Source: Escherichia coli (GTDB taxonomy: Bacteria; Pseudomonadota; Gammaproteobacteria; Enterobacterales; Enterobacteriaceae). Taken from it: DNA of 64,000 nt. The stretch lies in NCBI RefSeq assembly GCF_017348835.2, contig NZ_CP071375.1. One strand, 5' to 3'. The notes below the pieces were generated by a model. The model ran no database searches. It saw only the letters and a list, made by a program, of their open reading frames with translations, and was not told the origin of the DNA. The first letter of the stretch is position 1. Each line of letters begins with the position of its first letter. The position numbers and the translations under genes are program-made. Of the stretch, positions 1 to 8,688 are shown in pieces.

Positions 1-14
1 AAGGTGTACGTCAG

Positions 15-215
15 TTGCCTGCTGAGAGATGTCCTGCGATTGAACGAGCAACAAAAGGTGGTGTCCTGTGTGAAGAACTTCGTCCTGATGTTGATTGGAC
101 ATACTTACGACGCTCGTCATGTTATTCGCAGAATATGTCGATGAAGCAACCAAATGACGAAAACGATCATACCCGAAGCATCAAGAGGCAAATGATTCAT
201 GAAAATCAAACATGA
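15..215 (+). CDS. Hypothetical protein, probably 5'-truncated by the window edge (frame open to position 3)
   Basis: ORF open to the window start. Ends 17 nt inside the YdaT-like ORF. No recognisable motif. Confidence 0.2.
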   Translation: MPAERCPAIERATKGGVLCEELRPDVDWTYLRRSSCYSQNMSMKQPNDENDHTRSIKRQMIHENQT

Positions 216-624
216 GCACATCCGCATGGCGATGAATGCCTGGGCATATCCTGATGGTGAGAAAGTTCCGGCAGCTGGAATAACCCAGGCTTATTTTGAG
301 TTGGGTATGACGTTCCCAGAACTGTATGACGACAGCCATCCGGAAGCCCTGGCTCGCAATACCCAGAAAATTTTCCGCTGGGTAGAGAAAGACACCCCTG
401 ATGCAGTTGAAAAAATTCAGGCGTTGTTACCAGCGATCGAAAAGGCAATGCCACCTTTGCTGGTGGCCAGAATGCGCAGCCACAGTTCAGCTTATTTTCG
501 GGAGCTGGTGGAGACGCGGGAGCGACTGGTGAGAGACGCTGATGATTTTGTCGCAGTGGCAATCGCCGGTTTCAATCAGATGAACCGTGGTGGCCCGGCA
601 GGAAATGCTGTGGCAGTGCATTGA
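199..624 (+). CDS. YdaT-like protein (Rac prophage ydaT family; putative toxin-like/regulatory)
   Basis: 141 aa. N-terminus MKIKHEHI... matches my recollection of Rac YdaT. Sits just upstream of the replication gene, as ydaS/ydaT do in Rac. Confidence 0.5.
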   Translation: MKIKHEHIRMAMNAWAYPDGEKVPAAGITQAYFELGMTFPELYDDSHPEALARNTQKIFRWVEKDTPDAVEKIQALLPAIEKAMPPLLVARMRSHSSAYFRELVETRERLVRDADDFVAVAIAGFNQMNRGGPAGNAVAVH

Positions 625-689
625 GTGATAATAGCCATATCGAATCGCTTCCGGCAACTCGTGAGTAAAAAGATTCGGTATCAGAAGAG

Positions 690-2519
690 GTGAGTATGGC
701 TAACGCCTGGCTCAGATTATGGCATGACATGCCAAATGACCCTAAGTGGCGAACAATTGCCAGGGTGTCAGGGCAGCCAATTGCAACAGTGATGGCAGTG
801 TATATCCACCTCCTGGTGAGCGCGTCACGAAATGTCACGCGAGGTCACATTGATGTCACGACAGAAGATTTGGCAAGTGCGCTCGACGTGACAGAAGAGG
901 TAATTGATTCAATTTTGCAGACGATGCAGGGGCGGGTACTTGATGGTGATTTAATCACTGGATGGGAAAAACGCCAGGTGCTTAAAGAGGACAACGGCAA
1001 TATTTCGCAAACCGCAAAATCTCCTGCAGAGCGCAAGAGGGCGCAGCGAGAGAGGGAAAGAAAGCGGGAACAAAATGGCGATTGTCACGGCGCGTCACGA
1101 AATGTCACGCACATGTCACGACGAGTCACGACAGATAAAGATACAGATAAAGATACAGATCAAGAAGATCAAAACACTATGGTCCATGGCGTAAAAAACG
1201 CCACGAACCAGGCAGGGGATGTTCAGACCGTCAACCCTGGTCAGCCAGCAGGCACGACACCGGAAGCCGATTCAGCGTATGCGCTGAAAGCCGATTCGGG
1301 CGCTGTGCAGCAGGTGATGACCGCAAGGCCGGAGCAATCACACCAACTGCAGCAGCCCGAAGCCGATTCCGCCATTCAGCGGGAAGCCGATCGGGTAGTC
1401 CCGGAAAACACCGGGCAGTCTGTGGGACGAGTGGATTATCCGGATGTGTTCGAACAGGTCTGGCGGGAATACCCGTTGCGTGCTGGGGCAAACCCGAAGA
1501 AATCCGCTTTCAGTGCCTGGAAGGCCAGATTACGCGAGGGGGTGCCACCAGAGGCCATACTGGATGGTGTGAGGCGTTACGCAAGATACCTGGCGGCTAC
1601 CGGGAAAACGGGAACGGAATTTGTTCAGCGAGCGACGACGTTTTTTGGGCCGGACCGGAATTTTGAAAACCCCTGGTTGCTCCCGGTAAGCGGCACGAAC
1701 AACCAGCGTTGTGTGAATCATATTTCTGAACCGGATACCGAAATTCCGCCGGGATTCAGGGGGGGATGTGGCATGAAAAACATTGCGGCAGCCGGGGTTC
1801 TTGAACGTATTCGCAGACTTGCACCACAGGCGTCGGTTCCACCGTACCGGACGGTGGAGGAGTGGCGGGAATGGCAACTTGTTGAAGGACGAAAACGCAG
1901 CGAGGAGATTAACCGCCAGAATCACCAGTTGCGGGTGGAAAAAATCCTGAATCGTTCGGGCATCCAGCCTCTGCACAGCAAATGCTCGTTTGCGAATTAT
2001 CAGGTGCAGAACGACGGGCAAAAATACGCGCTGAGCCAGGCCAAATCCATAGCTGACGAACTGATGACCGGGTGCACGAATTTTGTGTTCAGCGGTAAAA
2101 CCGGCACCGGGAAAAATCACCTTGCAGCGGCGATGGGTAACCGGCTGATGGCGAAGGGGCGCAGCGTGATTATTGTCACCGTGTCTGATGTCATGAGCGT
2201 GTTGCATGACAGCTACGACAACGGCAAATCCGGGGAAAAATTTTTACAGGAGCTTTGCAGTGTTGATTTGCTGGTCCTGGATGAAATAGGCGTTCAGCGG
2301 GAGACGAAAAACGAGCAGGTGGTATTACACCAGATAATTGATCGCCGGACAGCATCACTGTGCAGTGTCGGGATGTTAACAAACCTGAATCATGCCGCAA
2401 TGAGTACACTTCTTGGTGAGAGGATTATGGACCGCATGACCATGAACGGTGGTCGATGGGTGACGTTTAACTGGGATAGCTGGCGTCCAAATGTCAGCAA
2501 TATGAGGGTTGTGAAGTAA
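690..2519 (+). CDS. Phage replication protein: O-like initiator N-terminal part fused in-frame to a DnaC/IstB-like helicase-loader ATPase (C-terminal ~250 aa)
   Basis: 609-aa single ORF. The C-terminal part has Walker A (FSGKTGTGKNHLAAAMG) and Walker B (LLVLDEIG) motifs typical of DnaC-like loaders. An internal Met (1773) is preceded by a G-rich RBS. Iteron-like repeats lie inside the N-terminal coding part. Confidence 0.7.
   Translation: MSMANAWLRLWHDMPNDPKWRTIARVSGQPIATVMAVYIHLLVSASRNVTRGHIDVTTEDLASALDVTEEVIDSILQTMQGRVLDGDLITGWEKRQVLKEDNGNISQTAKSPAERKRAQRERERKREQNGDCHGASRNVTHMSRRVTTDKDTDKDTDQEDQNTMVHGVKNATNQAGDVQTVNPGQPAGTTPEADSAYALKADSGAVQQVMTARPEQSHQLQQPEADSAIQREADRVVPENTGQSVGRVDYPDVFEQVWREYPLRAGANPKKSAFSAWKARLREGVPPEAILDGVRRYARYLAATGKTGTEFVQRATTFFGPDRNFENPWLLPVSGTNNQRCVNHISEPDTEIPPGFRGGCGMKNIAAAGVLERIRRLAPQASVPPYRTVEEWREWQLVEGRKRSEEINRQNHQLRVEKILNRSGIQPLHSKCSFANYQVQNDGQKYALSQAKSIADELMTGCTNFVFSGKTGTGKNHLAAAMGNRLMAKGRSVIIVTVSDVMSVLHDSYDNGKSGEKFLQELCSVDLLVLDEIGVQRETKNEQVVLHQIIDRRTASLCSVGMLTNLNHAAMSTLLGERIMDRMTMNGGRWVTFNWDSWRPNVSNMRVVK
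823..1170. repeat. Iteron-like repeats (two ~40-bp GTCACG-rich units, 823-862 and 1088-1130) followed by an AT-rich GATAAAGATACA tandem; putative phage ori inside the initiator gene
   Basis: gcgtcacgaaatgtcacgc...tgtcacgac appears twice, ~265 bp apart. An (gataaagataca)x2 tract follows at 1134-1160. This is an architecture like lambda ori inside O. Confidence 0.5.
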
Positions 2520-2540
2520 TTTTGTCCGGAGGAAATTTTA

Positions 2541-3302
2541 ATGGAAACCGTATCTGACGCACTGAAAGCACTGAAAAAAGCCTCTTCACATGTGGTGGCA
2601 GCTCGCCTTGGAATCAGTCGTGAAGAGGCTGTCAACGAGCTGTGGGAACTCAAAAGAAATGGCGTCGTTGATAAAACTGGTCACACCTGGTTTCTGGCTG
2701 GCGAAGGTGAATCCCGGGTAACCGAAGAGCGGCCAGTAAAATCTGAAGCACAGGATATGCTGACCGGGGAGGTCGAACAAAAAGTTACCGCAGACATGAT
2801 GATTGAGTTTATCGGTCAGGATGGGGCTAAAACGTGTGAGGAACTGGCGGGTAAGTTCGGTGTCAGTACTCGCAAGGTTGCTTCCACGCTGGCGGTGGTA
2901 ACCGCAACGGGGCGGCTGGCACGCGTTAATCAGAACGGTAAATTTCGTTACTGCATGCCGGGCGATAATTTACCAGCAGAGCCGAAAGCCGCGCTGGTAA
3001 CGGAAAGTGATGGTAAGGCCTTTCCTCAGCCAGCAGGTGCTGCGTTACCAGTCCGGGAAGCCGCAACACAGGAAGAAATTAAAACAGAAACTGTGGCGGA
3101 CATTGTGCAGCCGTTGCCATCGTTTACCGAAACGCAAGCAGATGAGCTGATTTTTCCGTCCCTTCGCAGGGCAAACCTGGCGCTGCGCAGGGCGAAAAGT
3201 GATGTTCAGAAGTGGGAGCGAGTCTGCGCCGCGCTGCGGGAGCTGAACAAGTGCCGGGATATTCTCCGGGATATTACCGCCACCAGAGAACAGCAGCGGT
3301 GA
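2541..3302 (+). CDS. Hypothetical phage early protein with two winged-helix-like segments (DUF1627-like?)
   Basis: 253-aa ORF with an RBS (ggagg) 7 nt upstream. Position downstream of replication genes is as in Stx/lambdoid phages. Confidence 0.5.
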   Translation: METVSDALKALKKASSHVVAARLGISREEAVNELWELKRNGVVDKTGHTWFLAGEGESRVTEERPVKSEAQDMLTGEVEQKVTADMMIEFIGQDGAKTCEELAGKFGVSTRKVASTLAVVTATGRLARVNQNGKFRYCMPGDNLPAEPKAALVTESDGKAFPQPAGAALPVREAATQEEIKTETVADIVQPLPSFTETQADELIFPSLRRANLALRRAKSDVQKWERVCAALRELNKCRDILRDITATREQQR

Positions 3303-3334
3303 GTGGGTGGAAGACGTGGTGCCGGGCGGAAATC

Positions 3335-3616
3335 ATGATACTCCGGCAGTGTGCGGGAACGAGGAAGGTAAAAAGCGTTGGCGCACTTATCGGACGAACT
3401 GAAGCGGCAGTGAGAACGAAGGCACGGGAGCTGGGCATCAGCATGATGTTACGTGGTGATTTTCACCCGTCGGCAAAATATTCTCAGCGTGATATTGAGC
3501 TGGCGCGGCAACTGCATCAGAGAGGCATGCAAAGAAGGGAAATTGCCAGAAAATTAGGCATGCCGCTGCGCATAGTGAATAACTACGTTTATTTCGACAG
3601 GAGGGTGTCTGCGTGA
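3335..3616 (+). CDS. Small HTH-domain protein
   Basis: 94 aa from ATG 3335 (the longer ORF starts at 3212). Two HTH-like segments (VGALIGRTEAAVRTKA; RREIARKLGMPLRIV). Confidence 0.4.
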   Translation: MILRQCAGTRKVKSVGALIGRTEAAVRTKARELGISMMLRGDFHPSAKYSQRDIELARQLHQRGMQRREIARKLGMPLRIVNNYVYFDRRVSA

Positions 3617-3840
3617 AAATCCTGTATCAGGATTACGGCCCGGTGGGGCAGGTGGTTATCAGCAGTACTGTAATGGAGTTTCGGAAGCATAACCGTGTGG
3701 TGGATGCTGTGCTGTTAACCTGTCCGGGGATATCGGCGAGTCGTGCAGGTGTGTTTATTATGAAGACGAAATTATATGGCAGTAAGGCGTGGATAAAGAA
3801 GGCGTATCGTGTAGCGTTGCAGGAGGTTAACAGTGAGTGA
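3613..3840 (+). CDS. Hypothetical nin-region protein
   Basis: 75-aa ORF whose start overlaps the upstream stop (GTGA/ATGA-type coupling). Confidence 0.35.
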   Translation: MKILYQDYGPVGQVVISSTVMEFRKHNRVVDAVLLTCPGISASRAGVFIMKTKLYGSKAWIKKAYRVALQEVNSE

Positions 3841-4168
3841 AATTAAAGAAATGCCGGTAGTTCGTGACGGATATGGCAACTGGACACATCCTGAATATGA
3901 AAAATTCTGTGATGGTCGGGAATATATTTCAACGGAAGAGTTTAACGCCTGGATGGAGGAAAATAATCTTCAATACGTCCTCTGCTTCAGAGATGAAGGA
4001 TGTGCTGACCTTGATGCGTGTGATGCTGATATTTCTGCATGGGAACCGGAACGACCAGAGGGCGATGGCTGGTTTATTGGTTCCATTCATGATACGGAAG
4101 ATGGCCCGGTTGTGTCTGGTTGCGAAATAAGGCTGAAGCATAAAGGCGATAAACCAACTAACAACTAA
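3833..4168 (+). CDS. Hypothetical nin-region protein
   Basis: 111-aa ORF overlapping the upstream stop. Acidic C-terminus. Confidence 0.4.
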   Translation: MSEIKEMPVVRDGYGNWTHPEYEKFCDGREYISTEEFNAWMEENNLQYVLCFRDEGCADLDACDADISAWEPERPEGDGWFIGSIHDTEDGPVVSGCEIRLKHKGDKPTNN

Positions 4169-4270
4169 ATACTGAAGATTTAAATCAGAAACGATTTTTA
4201 TTAAATCCTTAACCGGAGGGATTCCTGCACCCTCAGAACATCAGGAGGCCGCCCGAAAGGGCGGTAAGAA

Positions 4271-4489
4271 ATGAAACATTATTTAGAAAAAAATTACCCA
4301 CGAAAGAGCAGAGCAACAGAGTTTCTGTTTTTCATTCTGTTTATAGTGTTGATGATACCGATATCCCCGCTATTACTGGTCTGGATAATTGGAAGGACAT
4401 TTGAACCAGTTATTGAGCTATATACCGATGTGACATGGGAATCATTCAGCGCACTGCACAATAAAATTAATCCGTATAAGGAAAACTGA
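4271..4489 (+). CDS. Small membrane protein (one hydrophobic helix)
   Basis: 72 aa with a hydrophobic stretch FLFFILFIVLMIPISPLLLVWIIG. Preceded by the hairpin gccgcccgaaagggcggt and an RBS. Confidence 0.4.
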   Translation: MKHYLEKNYPRKSRATEFLFFILFIVLMIPISPLLLVWIIGRTFEPVIELYTDVTWESFSALHNKINPYKEN

Positions 4490-4490
4490 T

Positions 4491-5048
4491 ATGAGCACTA
4501 TTACCAGAGAACGCGCGGAGATTAAATCATACATCACAGGCTTCCTGAGCGACTCGGCGCACGATAACAAGTCTTCAGACAGCCTGCTGGCTAATGTGTT
4601 TCGTATCGCGCTGGCATCACTGGAAGCAGAGCCGATAGCAATGGTAGTGCCTGATGAAATGGATTTGCTTACCTGCCATCTCGACGGTGTAACTAAAACA
4701 TATGCTGATGGCTGGAACGCCTGCCGCGTCGCCATGCTTCAGGCCGGAAACTTTCGGGAAAATAAGAATTCGTCAACCAACAATTTTCGGGAAATCTCGG
4801 AAACGTCAACCAGATCTCCGATAACTCTGGATGGCTGGATAAGCTGTACTGAGCGAATGCCTGAAAAGAGCCAGAACGTGCTTATTTCGATGAATATCGA
4901 TAGCGAGGCTGGGCCATTAATATATTCCGCACGCTATCTCGGAGGCACGTTCCGGCGCGGAGGTATAGCAGTTAGTCCGGGTAATGATCTTAGGCAAGCA
5001 ACCCACTGGATGTCGCTACCAGAACCGCCGCAGGAGGTGAATCAATGA
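4491..5048 (+). CDS. DUF551-like phage protein
   Basis: 185 aa. The C-terminal region resembles DUF551, which is common in lambdoid nin regions. Confidence 0.5.
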   Translation: MSTITRERAEIKSYITGFLSDSAHDNKSSDSLLANVFRIALASLEAEPIAMVVPDEMDLLTCHLDGVTKTYADGWNACRVAMLQAGNFRENKNSSTNNFREISETSTRSPITLDGWISCTERMPEKSQNVLISMNIDSEAGPLIYSARYLGGTFRRGGIAVSPGNDLRQATHWMSLPEPPQEVNQ

Positions 5049-5128
5049 CCTGGCCTGAAGCATTCACAACGGTAGGAATTGCGATGGCGGTGGCGCTGGT
5101 GGTGTATTCGATTTGCCGCTGGGGATAA
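5045..5128 (+). CDS. 27-aa hydrophobic peptide (MTWPEAFTTVGIAMAVALVVYSICRWG), start overlapping the upstream stop (ATGA)
   Basis: Translationally coupled small ORF immediately upstream of the hok/mok locus. Too short to support firmly. Confidence 0.2.
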   Translation: MTWPEAFTTVGIAMAVALVVYSICRWG

Positions 5129-5281
5129 AAACGGTTTGCGGGAAAAGGATAGTTAAGTAGAATTGCTGCGGGTGCTTGAGGCTATCTGCCTCGGGCATGA
5201 ACACCAACGGCAGATAGAGAAAAGCCCCAGTTAACATTACGCGTCCTGCAAGACGCTTAACATTAATCTGAGGCTCAATCC

Positions 5282-5494
5282 ATGCTGAACACATGTAGGT
5301 TAGCCTCTTACGTGCCGAAAGGCAAGGAGAAGCAGGCTATGAAGCAGCAAAAGGCGATGTTAATCGCCCTGATCGTCATCTGTTTAACCGTCATAGTGAC
5401 GGCACTGGTAACGAGGAAAGACCTCTGCGAGGTGCGAATCCGAACCGGTCAGACGGAGGTCGCTGTCTTCGTAGACTACGAATCTGAGAAGTAA
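5282..5494 (+). CDS. Mok-like overlapping reading frame of the hok locus
   Basis: 70-aa frame reading through hok, as mok does in hok/sok loci. Confidence 0.5.
   Translation: MLNTCRLASYVPKGKEKQAMKQQKAMLIALIVICLTVIVTALVTRKDLCEVRIRTGQTEVAVFVDYESEK
5339..5494 (+). CDS. hok: Hok/Gef family type I toxin (HokD/RelF-like)
   Basis: 51 aa: MKQQKAMLIALIVICLTVIVTALVTRKDLCEVRIRTGQTEVAVFVDYESEK. This is near-identical to Hok-family toxins as I remember them. Confidence 0.85.
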   Translation: MKQQKAMLIALIVICLTVIVTALVTRKDLCEVRIRTGQTEVAVFVDYESEK

Positions 5495-5613
5495 GAGACC
5501 AGGCGGGGGAGTAATCTCCCGCCACCTCTGATGTGTCAGGCATCCTCAACGCACCCGCGCTTTACCATACTGAAAATGCTGTTTGAATGTTCATCTCTGA
5601 AAGAGGACTATGA

Positions 5614-5958
5614 ATGAAAAAGGTATTGATTGCAGCACTTATTTCCGGTGTGTCTTTTGGCGCTTTTGCACAGCAGGGTGGTTTCCAGGGGCCAGAAGCA
5701 GAGCGTTCAACAGTAGCGCAGGCAAAAGAACTGAAGGATGATGCATGGGTTATCCTTGAAGGGAGCATCGTTAAAAAAGTGGGTGATGAACGTTATGAGT
5801 TTCGTGACAATAGCGGGACAATTGTCACGGATATTGATGACAGCGTATGGGCCGGGCAGAATGTTTCTCCGAAAGACAAAGTAAGAATTGAGGGTGAAAT
5901 TGATAAAGACCTGAGCAGTGTTGAAGTTGATGTAAAGGCACTGAAATTATTAAAGTAA
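5614..5958 (+). CDS. YgiW/YdeI (BOF, bacterial OB-fold) family periplasmic stress protein
   Basis: 114 aa. Signal peptide MKKVLIAALISGVSFGAFA, then an OB-fold region typical of the YgiW family. Confidence 0.75.
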   Translation: MKKVLIAALISGVSFGAFAQQGGFQGPEAERSTVAQAKELKDDAWVILEGSIVKKVGDERYEFRDNSGTIVTDIDDSVWAGQNVSPKDKVRIEGEIDKDLSSVEVDVKALKLLK

Positions 5959-5976
5959 CCGCCCCTGCTTGTTAAG

Positions 5977-6004
5977 CCCGTCTTACTGACGGGTTTTCTG
6001 TTTG
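5977..6004 (+). terminator. Rho-independent terminator
   Basis: cccgtcttactgacggg followed by ttttctgtttg. Confidence 0.6.
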
Positions 6005-6079
6005 TACATTCCGGCGTATTGCCTTACAATTCGCGCAGTCAGCCTGAACAACTGACACCTGCTGTCACCGGAGAATCCG

Positions 6080-6352
6080 ATGACACAACACATAAAATCC
6101 CACAATTCTGAAGCCGACCCGGAAATTAAGCAGGGGAGGCGTTTTCGTGCGCCTCAGTATGGCTGGTTTCACTATCTGTTCTGTACGATCGATGAGGCAG
6201 ATATGCTTCAAGAGGCGTATCTGCGTCGCGGTGTCCGTGTGGAGCGGAGTCTGAACGCTGATCGTCTGACCTGGACCGTTTCTGTATATCTTCCTGTTCG
6301 TGCACATCTGCCACGGACACATGCCTGCTACCGTCAGCGCGTCTGGAGGTAA
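6080..6352 (+). CDS. Hypothetical 90-aa ORF, possibly the N-terminal fragment of the downstream DUF968 gene in another frame
   Basis: Overlaps the 5' end of the 6300-7403 ORF in a different frame. Confidence 0.3.
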   Translation: MTQHIKSHNSEADPEIKQGRRFRAPQYGWFHYLFCTIDEADMLQEAYLRRGVRVERSLNADRLTWTVSVYLPVRAHLPRTHACYRQRVWR

Positions 6353-7403
6353 TGTGCGGGTATTACTTCGACCTGTTCTGGTTCCGGAACTCGGGCTGGT
6401 GGTCCTTAAGCCCGGTCGTGAATCATTGCCAGTTTTTCATCGCGGCAGGGTGCTGGTGGAGCCGGAACCGAAAAACATGCGGGCGCTGCCATCTGGAGCG
6501 GTTCCTACTGTTCGCCAGCCGCTGGCGGAAGATAAATCACTGCTGCCATTTTTCAGCGATGAGCGGGTGATTCGTGCAGCTGGCGGCGCTGGTGCACTGT
6601 CTGACTGGTTATTACGTCACGTGAAATCCTGCCAGTGGCCACACGGCGATTATCATCACAGCGAAACCGTTATTCACAGTTACGGTGCTGGCGCAATGGT
6701 GTTGTGCTGGCACTGCGACAACCAGCTGCGCGACCAGACCTCCGAATCACTTGAGCAACTTACTCAACAAAATCTGACAGCCTGGATGATTGACGTCATA
6801 CGCCATGTAATGAATGGCACGCAGGAGCGGGAATTATCGCTGGCTGAATTATCCTGGTGGGCAGTCTGCAATCAGGTGGTGGACGCATTACCTGAGGCAG
6901 TATCGCGTCGCTCTCTGGGATTACCGGCGGAAAAAATCCGCTCCGTATACCGTGAAAGCGACATCATACCGGGAGAACAGACCGCCACCAGCATACTGAA
7001 GCAGCGCACAAAAAATATTGCGCTACCGCCTCACACCCACCAGCAACAGAACCCACCACAGGAAAAGACGGTGGTCAGCATTGCCGTTGATCCGGAGTCT
7101 CCGGAATCCTTCATGAAACGACCTAAACGTCGCCGCTGGGTAAATGAGAAATACACACGCTGGGTAAAGACACAACCGTGTGCGTGTTGTGGTAAGCCAG
7201 CGGACGATCCTCATCATCTGATTGGTCATGGTCAGGGTGGAATGGGAACAAAATCCCACGATATTTTCACGCTACCGCTGTGTCGGGAGCATCACAACGA
7301 GCTTCATGCGGATCCGCTGGCGTTCGAAGAAAAGCATGGTTCCCAGGTTGATTTAATTTTTCGTTTTCTTGATCACGCCTTTGCAACCGGCGTGCTCGGG
7401 TAA
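6300..7403 (+). CDS. DUF968-like phage protein with C-terminal HNH/zinc-finger-like motif
   Basis: 367 aa. C-terminal CACCGKPADDPHHLIGHGQGGMGTKSHD...LCREHHNELH. Located before rusA/Q as in other lambdoid prophages. Confidence 0.6.
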   Translation: MHICHGHMPATVSASGGNVRVLLRPVLVPELGLVVLKPGRESLPVFHRGRVLVEPEPKNMRALPSGAVPTVRQPLAEDKSLLPFFSDERVIRAAGGAGALSDWLLRHVKSCQWPHGDYHHSETVIHSYGAGAMVLCWHCDNQLRDQTSESLEQLTQQNLTAWMIDVIRHVMNGTQERELSLAELSWWAVCNQVVDALPEAVSRRSLGLPAEKIRSVYRESDIIPGEQTATSILKQRTKNIALPPHTHQQQNPPQEKTVVSIAVDPESPESFMKRPKRRRWVNEKYTRWVKTQPCACCGKPADDPHHLIGHGQGGMGTKSHDIFTLPLCREHHNELHADPLAFEEKHGSQVDLIFRFLDHAFATGVLG

Positions 7404-7415
7404 AAGAGGTTACTG

Positions 7416-7790
7416 ATGCGTATAGAGTTTGTTTTGCTTTACCCGCCGACGGTGAACACCTACTGGCGACGTCGTGGCAGCACATATTTTGTATCAAAAG
7501 CCGGTGAGCGTTATCGCCGGGCTGTGGCGCTTATTGTTCGCCAGCAGCGGCTGAAATTAAGCCTGTCCGGAAGGCTGGCGATAAAGATTATTGCCGAGCC
7601 ACCGGATAAGCGCCGCCGTGACCTGGACTATATTCTGAAAGCGCCGCTGGATGCGCTGACGCATGCGGGGTTGCTAATGGACGATGAGCAGTTTGATGAA
7701 ATCAATATCGTTCGTGCTCAGCCAGTATCTGGTGGACGTCTGGGGGTGAAGATTTACCCCATAATGCTTGAAGGGCAGGTCAAAAAATGA
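7416..7790 (+). CDS. rusA: RusA Holliday-junction resolvase
   Basis: 124 aa. Motifs DLDNxxKAxxDALTxAGxxxDDxQ and GGRLxV match RusA. Confidence 0.85.
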   Translation: MRIEFVLLYPPTVNTYWRRRGSTYFVSKAGERYRRAVALIVRQQRLKLSLSGRLAIKIIAEPPDKRRRDLDYILKAPLDALTHAGLLMDDEQFDEINIVRAQPVSGGRLGVKIYPIMLEGQVKK

Positions 7791-8608
7791 AACTGGAAGA
7801 TTTACCGAAATACTACTCCCCAAAATCCCCCGGCCTGACTGATGCATCGGCCTCAACGTCGAAAGATACGCTGAGTATCACTGATGTGATGGCCGCGCAG
7901 GGCATGACACAGAATTGGGCTGAGATGGGGTTTTCTGCGTTCCTTGGGAAAATGGGCATTAGTATGAATGACAGAGAGCGGGCAACAGAATTGTTGACAG
8001 AATATGCACTCAGTCGGTGTGATCGCGTGGCGGCGTTAAGAAAACTCCCGGCAGAAATAAAACCGGCAGTGATGCGTATTATGGCTTCGTATGCGTTTGA
8101 AGATTATGCCCGTAGCGCGGCGAGCAAAAAACAGTGCCCCTGTTGTCACGGAAAAAAATTTATTGAAAGCGAGGTTTTTACAAACAAGATCCAGTATCCG
8201 GATGGTAAGCCGCCAGTGTGGGCAAAGTGCACAAAAGGCGTGTATCCGTCTTACTGGGAGGAATGGAAAAAAGTCAGGGAGGTGGTAAAAGTTGCCTGTC
8301 CGGAGTGTGGAGGGAAGGGGGAGGTTTCCACCGCCTGTAAAGATTGTCGTGGGCGCGGTGTTGCCATTCATCGTGAAGAGTCGGTAAAACGTGGTATGCC
8401 TGTTATCAGAGACTGCCAGCGTTGTGGTGGTCGTGGCTATGAAAGATTACCTTCAACGGAGGCATTTAATGCCATATGTAATGTGACCGATGCCATATCT
8501 CTTGATACATGGAAAAAAACAGTTAAACGTTTTTACGATACGCTGGTGGTGCAGTTTGATATTGAAGAAGCATGGGCAGAACAACAACTGAAAAAGGTGA
8601 CCAGATAG
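7787..8608 (+). CDS. Late-gene antiterminator Q (lambdoid Q family with Cys-rich zinc-binding region)
   Basis: 273 aa. Multiple CxxC pairs (CPCCHGK, CPECGGKG, CKDCRGRG, CQRCGGRG). Sits immediately upstream of a pR'-like promoter and tR'. Confidence 0.75.
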   Translation: MKLEDLPKYYSPKSPGLTDASASTSKDTLSITDVMAAQGMTQNWAEMGFSAFLGKMGISMNDRERATELLTEYALSRCDRVAALRKLPAEIKPAVMRIMASYAFEDYARSAASKKQCPCCHGKKFIESEVFTNKIQYPDGKPPVWAKCTKGVYPSYWEEWKKVREVVKVACPECGGKGEVSTACKDCRGRGVAIHREESVKRGMPVIRDCQRCGGRGYERLPSTEAFNAICNVTDAISLDTWKKTVKRFYDTLVVQFDIEEAWAEQQLKKVTR

Positions 8609-8613
8609 CTTTG

Positions 8614-8641
8614 TTGATTTTTCCCGAATCTGTGGTAAATT
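8614..8641 (+). promoter_or_regulatory. Late promoter pR'-like (TTGATT-16 nt-TGgTAAATT); qut region just downstream
   Basis: -35 at 8614-8619. Extended -10 at 8633-8641. Located right after Q. Confidence 0.45.
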
Positions 8642-8688
8642 TGCCCTAACGATGGGCGTTTTATGCCTGACGTTAGAAGAATTTCTAC

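Noticed and set aside
1530-2207. 225-aa minus-strand ORF inside the replication gene
   Set aside because: Antisense to a strongly supported DnaC-like coding region. Its composition looks like a GC-skew artefact.
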